A DNA stretch of 64,000 nt, taken from contig NC_086097.1 of NCBI RefSeq assembly GCF_963921235.1, forward strand, positions 142,602,001-142,666,000. The letters are read 5' to 3'. Below, one piece after another: positions 38,500 to 50,200 of the stretch. The DNA comes from Mobula hypostoma (lineage: Eukaryota). The notes below the pieces were generated by a model. The model was given only the letters and a program-made list of their open reading frames with translations. It ran no database searches and had not been told where the DNA came from. The translations under genes and the position numbers were made by a program. How positions within the stretch are numbered: position 1 is the stretch's first letter; every line of letters begins with the position of its first letter.

Positions 38500-38860
38500 C
38501 TGGTTGAACTTGAATTTGTGTTGAACAATCTTTCCAATTCTCAGTTTCTCCCAATCAAAGGAGAATATTCATGAGCCCGAGCTACACCCGTCTTTTTATG
38601 GGATACATGGAGCAGTCCTTGTTTCAGCTCGAGGATGCTCCGATATACTTTAACCTCTGATACATCTCTGACTGTATTGCCACTCATATGCAATCTAAAA
38701 ATGCCACTACTTTTGCTGCCAATTTCTACTCTGCTCTCACCTTCACATGGCCTCTGACTCCCCCCTTCCTCTTCTGGATCTTTCCATCTTTTTCTCAGGA
38801 GAGGCCAGCAACAAACATCCACCACAAGCCAACAGACTTCATGGCTTTCTCCATCACACT
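38500..38860 (+). mobile_element. Decayed Penelope RT fragment
   Basis: Reads SYTRLFMGYMEQSLFQ, with LPFLDL-like and HHKPTD-like remnants. Confidence 0.55.
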
Positions 38861-39619
38861 TAGAATCATAAAGTAATCCAGAATGAAGAGGCCCTTCGGC
38901 TCCACACAGACCATGTTGCCCACCAATTGAGTCCCATTTGACAGTGTTTAGTCCACATCTCTCTAAACCCCTCTAACCATTTTGCAAGAGCTATTCTTTC
39001 AGCTCCTCCTCCTCCTCAGAGCTCCAAAATCATGGATTTAAAATGTGCATCAGTGGCACTTATAGAAGAGCACAAGAGAGAATGTGGCAGTGTGAATGAG
39101 AAACAGAGAGAGGCAATGGGCAGATATGAGTAGAAAGGATCAACAGATGGACAAAGAGGGAAGTGAGAGGAAATGGGGTTAAGAAAAAGGTGATGGACAA
39201 GCAGGGAACTTGGGTAAGGAAGGAAAGATGAAGGCAGTAGTGAGGAGGAAGAGAATGAAGAAAAGGGAAAGAGGGGATGCAGGGGACAAAAAGGTCATTG
39301 TGAGATTAATGACTGAGCCTAGTTACAAGGGACTGACTGATGGGGCACAGGGAACAAGTTATGGTAGGTACAGGCGTTAAGGAAATGGTATGTTGGGGAC
39401 AAGTAACTAAACAGGTGGGGGAAGAGGTGAGACAGATAATGAAGGGAATGTGGGGGCAAGTATGTGGAAGTGTGAGAAGAGGAATTAGAAGGCAGATATA
39501 GAAGCTACAGGCAATTACATCGGTGAGACAAGGGGACATTGGTGGTGAGGAAAGGGAAGAGGGAGTAAACTAGGAGGGAACCAAGCTGGAGAGCAAGTGA
39601 AAAAAAAACCACATCACTG

Positions 39620-40370
39620 GGAGCATTTGGCACACTTGTCGTCACGAGTCAGGGCAGTGAGTATAGGAAACAAAATGTTACATTAGTTATACAAAATGCT
39701 GGCGAGGCCATACTTGGGAGTATTGTGTACGGTTTTGGTCACCTTGTTGAAGGAAAGACATTATTAAACTAGGAAGATTTACCAGGTTGTTACCTGGACT
39801 TGGGAGCCCATGTAACAAGGAGAGGCTGAGTACACTAGGATTTTATCCCTGGAATGTATGAGGTTGCAGGGTGACCTGATAGAAGTATACAAGATCATAA
39901 GGGACATAGACAGGGTGAAGGTACATAAATACAAGAAGTAGATGCCACCTCTGCTTCTTCCTCCTTCCATTCCAGTCCTGATGAAGATCTCAGCCTGAAA
40001 CGTCAACAGTTTATTCATTTCCAATGATGATGCCTGCGTCCAGCATTTTGTGTGCCTGCGTCCAGCATTTTGTGTGAAAGTACAGTCTTTTCGCCGGGGA
40101 GAAGGTTGCTAAAAACAAGATCAGAAGTGAGAGAGATTTAAAAGGATCATCAGGGACAGTTTTATCATGCAAAGGGTGATGCATATTTGGAATGAGCTGC
40201 CAGAAACTGTGGTTGAGAAGGGCACATAAGCAACATTTAAAAGCCATCTACATAAATACAGGGATAGGAGTGGTTTAGAGGGCTCTGTGCAGATGGGACT
40301 AGCTCACTGGCAAGAGTAAGCATGGACAAGTTCGGCTGAAGGGCCACTTCCAACCTGTGTGACTATGATG
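39620..40370 (+). mobile_element. Decayed CR1 3' region with a short Penelope-like insert
   Basis: CR1-like ttttggtcacct...aggaaaga and ggtgacctgatagaagtatacaagatc. A hammerhead-like ctgatgaag...ctgaaacgtc lies at about 39978. Confidence 0.65.
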
Positions 40371-40799
40371 GAACATGTGATTTGGAGATGGTGTGAGGGA
40401 CAGAGGTGACGACTATGCAAGATAGTGAGAAGGGCTACAAAGAGAGCATGTGTGAGCTGGGGGTGCAGGGGCAAATAGTGTGTGAGGGACAAAACCAGTG
40501 TGGAAGCAGATGAGGGGATGTGGTGGGAGAATGCGCAATGGGGGGAGGGAGTGGCAGTGAAGGAGGGGTGGGAGATTGAGCATGGGGTTTCTGGGGAGAG
40601 GGGCTCCACAGGAATCTGACAGGCAAGGGATGAGGTCAGCAAAGAGCTTTATGGGAGTGCGAGTTGAAGTGTGCAAGAAAGTTATTATTTCTAAAATCTA
40701 CAGCAGTGATTTCTTATGGGGGTGGTCGCGGGGCATTAAAGGTTCTTGTGGGGGGAGGGGTTGGCACGGTGAGCTGCACCCTAACCTAAGGGATGAGAC

Positions 40800-42560
40800 C
40801 TGACTGACCGTGTCAATTTGCTTCAGTTGTCAATATTTGATGGACATTTCCAGTTTGTGTTAATTTTTTATTTAAATTTATCCTCTTTAATGATGGATAA
40901 CTCGCATGGCGCAATCTCTAGGAGTCTGAAGGCGGTGAAGCCTTGAATTTTAAACCTGCTAAGAAACAAACTACAATGTTACATACCTGGAGTACAGTTT
41001 TATTCCATTCCTGTCAGATCAGCAATACCCCATGAGTCTTATTTGTAATACTGTACTGTCTAATTAAGCCATGAAACTATTAAGATTGTAGGAACACTTC
41101 TGTAAGTCACACTGTAAAGGCTACTTATTGTTTTACTCAGTTTCAGAAGATGAAAGAAGCATTTGAAAAGTATTGCAGACTTGAGTCATTTGCTAAGCAG
41201 GCTAAAAATGACTTTAATAGTGGTCTCATGGCATTTCCAAAATGATAGCAAAGTGCGGAAAATCTCAAAATTGGTGGAAGATTAATAATGCCTGCAACAC
41301 ACACAAAACGCTGGAGGAACTCAGCAGGCCAGGCAGCATCTATGGAAAAAGTACAATTGACGTTTCAGGGCAAGACCCTTTGGCAGGACTGGAGAGAAAA
41401 AGCTGAGGAGTAGATTTGAAAGGAGGGGGGAAGGAAGAGAGAAATGCCAGATTGTAGGTGAAACTGCATTAATGTCTGCTGTAACAGAAGTGCTCACCAT
41501 TGTTCTCAAAATTGATAAGTCAACTCTGCGAGACGACCAGGCATTGCTAATAGCATATGTACGGTTTATCAAAAACAGAAAAGTTTTCATAAACTTCTCT
41601 TTCGTAAAAAGCTAAAACCAATTATCAATCTATGACAAGCTCAAAATGTACATCGAGGATAAAAGTATTCTGATTAGGAACAAGATGTCTTCTGTAACAG
41701 ATGGAGCACCATATATGACAGGTCACCATGCTGGTTTAGTGACACATTTTAAAAAAGACATTTCAAGTCTGCAATCCATTGTGTAATTCACCATCAACAT
41801 CTTGCAGCCAAAAACGTCAGCCAGCGACTTTTTAAAAGCATGTTTCTTCTAATATCTGCTATTAACAAAATGAAAGCTCATCCATTAAATAGCAGAATAT
41901 TTCACCAGTTATGGCAAGATAACAATGAAGAGTTGAATGCTTCCTTCTTCACACTAAAGTTTGTTGCTTGTCAAAGGGCTGCTGCTTAAAACAACTCTTT
42001 GATCTTTTTGACACTGTGGTTGAATTTTTGCTTAAAATTGACAAGAGCTTGGGAAACAAGATTGAACTTTTATGTGGAGATGTGGCATACCTAGCCAATC
42101 TGTATGACAAAATGAACATTCTAAATATGAAACTGCAGGGTGAGAATTTCAATCTGGTCCAGGCAAAAAGTGCAGTGTCCACTTTTATCGGAAAATTGGA
42201 AATATACAAGCAAAGTATTGGGAGATGAATATTCTCATAATTCCCCTGCATGGAAAGTATGGCACTCCCTTTCAGACTGTGATTTGCAAGAGTACTGCTG
42301 ACGCCTGCAGTCACTGAAGACGGATTTTCAGAATCGATTCAAGGGTTTGAACAATCTGGAAATTCCAGACTGGGTAATTAACCCATTTCTTTGCAAGATG
42401 GAAGAACAAGAAGAAAGTTTGCAAGAAATTATTGAAATTCAGAATGAAGAAGCAAAAATACTTTTCAAAAACGTCGTCTTTTAGGGTATGTGGTTACACT
42501 GTCAGACAAAGTTTTCTGGTCCTTGGAGAAGAGCCAAACTGCTCTTCATTGCATTTTCAC
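40800..42560 (+). mobile_element. Decayed hAT (Charlie/Buster-like) transposase region
   Basis: Reads TDGAPYMTGHHAG, (H)CVIHHQHLAAK, LSKGCCLKQLFDLFDTVVEFL...LNMKLQG and DWVINPF. A Penelope-like insert lies at about 41297-41467. Confidence 0.8.
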
Positions 42561-43191
42561 CCTCCTGCTACAGGAAGGAAAGCGTAGGAATGGATCAAGC
42601 ACAATGACAGGCACAATGGATTATGGGCATAACCAGGAGCAACGGAATGAGTGGGGAGTTGGTGAGGGCAAAAACATGTGAGAAAGTGTGCAAGAGTAAG
42701 AAAACACAAGGTGAGATCGAGCAAAGGATAAGTGAACAGAGTGAACACACAGGGAAGAGAGTAAAGATATGAGGTAGGGGATGAGAGATGGAAAGAGAAA
42801 GCATGGAGGAAAGGCAAAGGCTTGGCAAGAAAGTGTCGGGAAAACAGGGAAAGCGCTAGTTAGAGCACCCAGATAAGTTATACAGCAAGTACAAGTAATA
42901 ATAAAGGGAACAGTGAATACAGATAAAACAGAATTGTATGTCAGCCACATAAAATGTACATAACATGAAGATAATACAATGACTCCTGAGTAAAACTGTG
43001 CAAAATTGTTTACTTTCCAGTGAGTTACTGAGCATTAAATTTAATAAACTAGTGGCTCATTGTACGAGAAGAGCATTTAACCTTAGCTTTCCAGTCAGAC
43101 CCTTTCAAGTGTCCCTAATATGACCTCAGAGGGCTACTGCTTCCTTCATAATCACGCTGGTTCCACACACAACCTCACACAGGTATCTTAC

Positions 43192-44267
43192 CTCTTCCAA
43201 GAGCCACTTCACATTACAGGGGTCTGACCTTAACCTTAAATAATTAAAAAAAAACTCTAATTGACTATTTTAAAAGGAAGACTCCAAATCAGATTTCAAA
43301 CAATGTATATTTTTTTTACTTTTAAAAATACACGACATTCATCCCTGCAAATTTCCAGCTCCTAGCACCAAGTGAAATCTCTGCAAATTGTAAAAATTAC
43401 AAACGCACAAGCCACTTTAGCAGAGAGCACCCACTGAAACCATTTTCCAGAAAGTCAGAGAGTGAGAAAGAACATCTAGCAGCAGTCCTTCTTGGGTGTC
43501 AGCATGTCTCCTTGCAAGACTGTTTTCTCTAGCTGCTTAACCATTTCAGAAATAACTGGGGAACTGTTGTTCTATTTAAAAAATCGTTGTCTATAGTACA
43601 GAATCAAATTGATTTTCAAACTGGAGATTTTCTTCAAACTTTTACTACCAGCTACTAGATAATTCATGTATCTATTCTGCTACCCTCACCATTCCTCAGT
43701 CAGGGTTTTTAATTTAATTAATAATTAAAAATCCTAGGTAAATCAAACATTTTTTTTAAATAGCATATTGGCTCACGCTACATATGGTTGAGGCTAATGG
43801 ATGTTGGACTGAAATTAAAACTGTTGCAGTGAGGGAAACAGTGATGGGTACTAAGGCTCAGCTGCTCATTATAAATCCATTACTGTCAATTGGGACAGCG
43901 AAGGCTATGAATGAGCAACAAATCTGTTACGGCTCCCACAAGAGTTCAAAGCTCAGCCCACTGAATCTGGAAGTAGTAACCTCTGAGGTTGGTTGCGGTA
44001 GGGGAGGGGGAATAAAAAAGGCTAATTTAGTTATGCCAACACTAACTGTAGTGCTCAAAACAATGATCACGCACATATTTTGGGAGCAAGCCAGGTAAAT
44101 TGTGCCTTCTTAAAATAAAATTTGATGGCACCTTCTTGCTTGTTTCTACCACCCTTCCAAAAATCATTCCGACTTACAGAAGGTTCCTTGCATCCCAATA
44201 TGGCTGCTTGGGTGCTGCCTCGAGAGACCATTCACATGTGCGAAGCTGGATTGTCAGTGCCGACAGC
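43192..44267 (-). pseudogene. Possible upstream exons of the decayed unknown gene (44267-44178, 44108-44047, 43982-43931, about 43572-43407, 43234-43192)
   Basis: ag/gt-bounded open segments LSALTIQLRTCEWSLEAAPKQPYWDARNL (donor gtaagt), RHNLPGLLPKYVRDHCFEHY, VTTSRFSGLSFELLWE and LRSDPCNVKWLLEE (donor gtaaga; ends phase 0, matching the 38200 exon). Some introns would be only 64-69 nt. Confidence 0.35.
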
Positions 44268-45209
44268 CTATTTAATTGTAGGGTGGCATGATGAAGGGCA
44301 ATAATCCTGTTCTCACACAATCTCTTTCTGGCTGAAGATGGGAGATGGGAGGGGAAAGGAAGGTGGGTGCACAAGATGGTCACTGAGAGCCAGAAGCCTG
44401 CTCAAGCGTTTGTCATTTCTTAATTCCACTCAAACATATAGTTGTTAACACCAACGAGCTCCTCGCCAACTCCAAACCAGAGGTAGGGTGGGGGAGAGGG
44501 GTGGGAAGGGGGAGCCTCAACTTTCCTGGCCTGGATTTTCACTGCAGTTTTTGAAAGTGGATGCGAAGAGAAAGGGTGATCCCAATTAAAATTCATTTTG
44601 TTTAACCAGACACTAAAGTTTTTCTTTACTTAGTGAATTAACACCACCGTCTGCTATCCAAACGAAAAAAAACAGCAACCTTTAAGTCAGTACTAGTCAC
44701 AGATCATTTTGCACAAGTTTTTTTTAAAAAAACAAAAACAGTTTTAAAACTTTTTTCCAAAACACTTATTGTCACAATTCTTTTTGCAGACATTAAATTG
44801 TAAGCAAAAAGTATTTTTTAAACATTTTCTTTACATAAAAAAGTCCGTAAAAATTTAATACAGTAAAATGATTCTTTTTAAAGTATGAGTTTTTTTTGCT
44901 GACTGTCGATGATATACAGTCAGACTGAGTTGATATCTAACCAATATTATAGTATTTACATAGTAAAAGAAGAATAATGAATCCACCACATCCCCACAAC
45001 CTATCCCCCTCAAAAATGTACTTATCAAAGTGAATGGGGTAAAGTTAACTAGAAGTGGTTTCATTGCTTTCTCAATATATTCACATATGCATTAAAACAG
45101 TATAATACAGATAGTTATGAGGAGATTGAGAAGCTAGTATAGATCCACATAGTTTTTGCTCAAGGGCAGGACAGGCCTGTGGGAAGGGGGAAACGGCGGG
45201 ATTTATTAT

Positions 45210-45371
45210 TCAGTCAACGTCTGGTTCTTCTTTAGGCTTGTAAACTGCGCCAAATTTCTGCATGTACTTCTTGATGTATTCCTTGGTTTTATGCTTCACA
45301 TTTTCATTGCACTCCAGATCCTCAGGATTCTTGCATTGTTTCAGCTCCTTGTTCATGACACCATGAGTCAA
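45210..45371 (-). CDS. SETD2: SETD2 last coding exon (SRI domain C-terminal part)
   Basis: Acceptor ctctctctcatacag. Encodes LTHGVMNKELKQCKNPEDLECNENVKHKTKEYIKKYMQKFGAVYKPKEEPDVD*, near-identical to the recalled vertebrate SETD2 C-terminus. Confidence 0.97.
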   Translation of the reverse strand: MTHGVMNKELKQCKNPEDLECNENVKHKTKEYIKKYMQKFGAVYKPKEEPDVD

Positions 45372-45889
45372 CTGTATGAGAGAGAGCAAAGTGAGAGGTC
45401 AGGAGATTCAAGGGCAGGGTATTTGAGAAGAGGGGCCAAAGTGGTGGGAGAACTGATGGGGAGAGGATGAGTAGAAAAGGGAGAGAAAACCAGGGGTGGT
45501 CGTGTTGGGGAGAGAAGAAGAGGGTTTGTGGAACATAAGGGGTATGAAGAAGTGGCAGTGAGGGCATGCTGAGGGCCAGTGGGCTGGAGAAATTTTCATT
45601 TTCATGAACATGGGAGCTGGCACACTTGTACATGTGCTTTGTTCCAGCCAAACCTCCCCTAGTGGTCTTGTGCACAAGTACGTTCCCTTTGCTGTCCCAA
45701 CTTAAAAGTTGGCAAGGGCACCTAAGGCTTATCTACAACTCAGGCTTAGGTCAGTTGACTCAGCAAGTCTCACTGTCAGTGCACCTCAGTACTATTACCA
45801 GCTTGGCCCACGTGACATACAGGTTTTCCAGCTAAGGCTCAGGAAAGTGATGCCACAAATCAGGGGAAAAACACTTGCTATGTCTTTAC

Positions 45890-45991
45890 CTTACGAGCCA
45901 GATGTTTGAAGTCCTCTGTTGCTACGATTCTTCCTATTTTACAGTCAGGTTTCCGGTAAGGATTCAGGCACAGAACAATGAACTGGGAGAT
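45890..45991 (-). CDS. SETD2: SETD2 penultimate exon (SRI domain)
   Basis: ttctttccag...AAG|gtaaag, 102 nt, phase 0-0. Encodes ISQFIVLCLNPYRKPDCKIGRIVATEDFKHLARK. Confidence 0.97.
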
Positions 45992-47289
45992 CTGGAAAGA
46001 AGGAAACAGGTAAAATGGGACTAAAGTAGAATATCCCAGCTGATACACCACTGGTCAAAGGACTCCGGTCTGGAAAAATAATACTCCACTACCACAGTTT
46101 GTCTCCTTCCACTAAGCCAACTTGTGTCCAATTGGCTAGTTCAACCTGATCCCATTTTGGAAAGTCACAATGAATGATAGGATCCTAAGAAGAGATGGGG
46201 AACAATTGGACTTTTGTATATAAGCCCAAAGATTCCTGAAAGTGGCAATACTGGTAAATACAACTGTGAACAAGGCACGTAAGATGCCAGCCTTCATTAG
46301 GTGGGGCAAAGAACACAACAGCAGGGAAGTTATGGTACAGCTTTACAAGTACATCACGAACACATCCATCCCCAGCACTGGTAGCATTTTCAGGAGGCAC
46401 TGCCTCAAGAAGGCCACATTCATCAAAGATGCCTCCACCCCACGCCATGACATCTTTTCACAGCTACCATTGGCCAGGATTTACAGAAGCTTGAAGTCCC
46501 ATGTGGCCAAGTTCAAGGTCAGTTACTTCCTTTCAAACATTTGGTTCCTGAACCAATCGGCAAAACCCTAATCACTACAGTTTAGCAACATTTTGAACAC
46601 CTTGCACTTAGATAGACTTATTTGTTCTAATTGTGTTTTCTTGTAAAGAATTGTGGATATTTTACATTTAATTCCTGTTTTTCTGGTGAATGCTGTTTAT
46701 TTGATGCTGACGCAAGCAAAATTTTCACTGCACTTGTGTGTCCATGTATTTGTACATATGACATTGACACTCTGACTCTGAGGCCACACCTGGAACACTG
46801 TGTGCAGTTTTGGTTGCCACAGTGCATAACGGATGTGACTGTTATGGACATGAGTGCAGAGAAGATTCACCAGGATGTTTAATGTGATGGGGTGAGTGTC
46901 TCAGTTATGAGACTGGACAGGTTGCACTCATTATCCTTGGAGCAGAGAAGGTTGACAAGACACCTGATGTAGAAATATAATGAGGGGCACATTTAAGTTG
47001 CGCTGTAAACTTCTCCACATATATGAATTAACTATGACCCAATGGCGTGGGAGTGAGGACACAGTAAGAGGTTCAGAGGGGATATAAAAGAAATATTCTG
47101 AGCAGATGGTTAGAATTTGTACGATAGAGACAGGATCTCTCTCAATATTCTAGTCGTATCTGGACAGGCACTTAAGTTGCTAAGGCATAGAAAGCTACAG
47201 ACCAAGTTATAGTCGGTACAAACAAGGCAGACCAGAGAGGTTGTTTCCATCCTGTGACTCAATACACTCACCCGATTGTACTTGAAAAG

Positions 47290-50200
47290 AACTTTTATCA
47301 CACATTCAATTCTCAGCACTACTCCATCAGTCTCTCTTGCAGGGAAGGTGGGACATATATGGAAGGAACAGCTTGCACCTGAACTGGAAGGGGACAAATA
47401 TCCTGGTGGGAAGGTTTGTTAGTGCTGCATGGGGTGGGGGGGGGGAGGGGGGGAACCAGAGTGCCAGAAGAGATACTGGAGCGGTTGTGGAGACAGATGT
47501 TGTTAAGACCTCAGACAAAGTCATGAATCACCATGAATCATGGAGCAACTAATGCCCTGAGCTGTATACATTTCAATGCAATAAGTCTCGTAGGAAAGGC
47601 AGATGAACTCAATGCATGGATCCATACTTGGAATTATGATATTGCAGCCATTAGTGCATTCCCACAATCCTGATTGAGAAGTTGCAGAACCCGGACCTCT
47701 GTACCTCCCTCTGCAATTGGATCCTCGACTTCCTAACTGGAAGGCCACAGTCTGTGTGGATTGATGATAACATATCCTCCTCATTGACAATCAACACTGG
47801 CACACCTCAGGGGTGTGTGCTTAGCCCACTGCTCTACTCTCTATATACACGATTGTGTGGCAGGCATAGCTCAAATACCATCTATAAATTTGCTGACGAC
47901 ACAACCATTGTTGGTAGAATCTCATGTGGCGACGAGAGGGCATACAGGAGTGAGATATGCCAACTAGTGGAATGGTGCCACAGCACCAACCTGGCACTCA
48001 ACGTCAGTAAGTTGAAAGAGCTGATTGTGGACTTCAGGAAGGATAAGAGGAAGGAACACATACCAATCCTCACAGAGGGATCAGAAGTGGAGAGAGTGAG
48101 CAGCTTCAAGTTCCTTGGTGTTAAGATCTCTAAGGATCTAACGTGGTCCCAACATATCGATGTAGTTATAAAGAAGGCAAGACAGTGGCTATACTTTATT
48201 AGGAATTTGAAAAGATTTGGCATGTCAACAAATACACTCAAAAACTTCTATAGTTGTACTGTGGAGAGCATTCTGACAGGCTGCATCTCTGTCTGGTATG
48301 GAGGGGCTACTGCACAGGACTGAGAGAAGCTGCAGAGCGTTGTAAATCTAGTCCGCTCCATCTTGGGCACTAGCCTACAAAGTACCCAGGACATCTTTAG
48401 GGAGCGATGTCTCAGAAAGGCAGCATCCATTATTAAGGTGATTTCAACTTTCCACATATTGACTGGGAGTCCTGAACTGTAAAAATAGATGAGATAAGAG
48501 TTTGTCAAACTGATTCGGGAAAGTTTCCTTAATCAATACATTGAAGTCCCATTGAGAGATTGTGGAATACCTGATTTGCTATTAGGGAATGAGACAGGAC
48601 AGTTGACAGAAGTTTGTGTAGGGAAAGAGGAAGGAACTTTGCATCTACTGATCACAATGTCATTAGTTTCAAAGTAAATATGTAAAAAGATAGGTCTGGT
48701 CCTTCGGCTGAGATTCTAAATTGGAGAAAAGGCAATCAAAAAATGATCTGGCAAGTGTGGATTGGGACAGGCTGCTTTCTGGTAAAGGTGTACTTAGTAA
48801 GTGGGAGGCCTTCAAGAGTGAAATTTTGGGAGTATAAAGCTTGTCAGAGTAAAAGATTTCCTCCTGTTTGCGAAAAGATAACAAGTTTAGTGACCCTTGG
48901 TTTTCAAGAGACATTGAGGCCCTGGTTAAGAAATAAAGGAGGTGCATTACAGGTAGGAACAAATGAGGTGGAGATGGAGTACAAGAAATGCAAGAGTACA
49001 CTTAAGAAAGAAATCAGGAAGGCTAAATTAAGGCATGAGGTTGCCTTGGCAGACAAGGTGAAGGAGAACCCAAGGGGATTTTACAGATATGTTAAGAGCA
49101 AAAGAGATGGGGGAGATCTTAAGTATTTTTTTTGCATCTGTATTTACTCAGGAGATGGACACAGTTTACAGCAGCGAGGCGACTCCAGATCAACTTCATG
49201 GACCCTACACAGATTACAGAGGTGTAAGGAGGTGTTTGCTGTCTTGAGGCAAATTAGGGTGGATAAATCCCCAGGGCCTGACAAGATGTTCCCCCAGACT
49301 CTGCAGATGCAAGTGCTTAAATTTCTGGGACCCTAGCAGAGATATTTAAATTATCCTTAGTAACAGGTGAGGTTCCAGATGTTGTTCCGCTGTTTAAGAA
49401 AGGCTCTAAAAATAAACTAGGAAATTATAGACCAGTTAGCCCGATATCAGTAGTGGGAAAGTTACTGGAAGATATTTTGAGGGAACGGATAGAAACATAG
49501 AAAACCTACAGCACAATACAGGCCCTTTGGCCCACAGAGTTGTGCTGCACGTCCCTACCGTAGAAATTACTAGGCTTACCTATAGCCCTCTATTTTACTA
49601 AGCTCCATGTACCTACCTAAAAGTCTCTTAAAAGACCCTATTGTATCCACCTCCACCGCCAATGCCGGCAGCCCATTCCACGCACTCACCACTCTGAGTA
49701 AAAAAACTAACCCCTGACATCTCTCCTGTATCTACTCCCCAGCATCTTAACCTGTGTCCACTTGTGGCAACCATTTCAGCCCTGGGAAAAAGCCTCTGAC
49801 TATCCACACGATCAATGCCTCTCATCATCTTATACACCTCTCTCAGGTCACCTCTCATCCTCTGTCGCTCCAAGGAGAAAAGGCCGAGTTCACTCAACCT
49901 ATTCTCATAAGGCATGCTCCCCAATCCAAGCAACATCCTTGTAAATCTCCTCTGGACCCTTTCTATGGCTTCTACATCCTTACTGTAGTGAGGCGACCAG
50001 AACTGAGCACGGTACTCCAAGTGTGGTCTGACCAGATTCCTATATAGCTGAAACATTACCTCCCGGCTCCCAAGTTTAATTCCATGATTGATGAAGGCCA
50101 ATACACCATACGCCTTCTTAACCACAGAGTCAACCTGCGCAGCTGCTTTGAGTGTCCTATGGACTCGGACCCCAAGATCCTTCTGATCCTCCACACTGCC

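Noticed and set aside
39060..42950. ORFs in GA-rich tracts (39060-39600, 40370-40660, 42570-42950; also 17590-17810)
   Set aside because: Low-complexity purine-rich sequence that yields spurious S/P/L/F-rich ORFs on the opposite strand.
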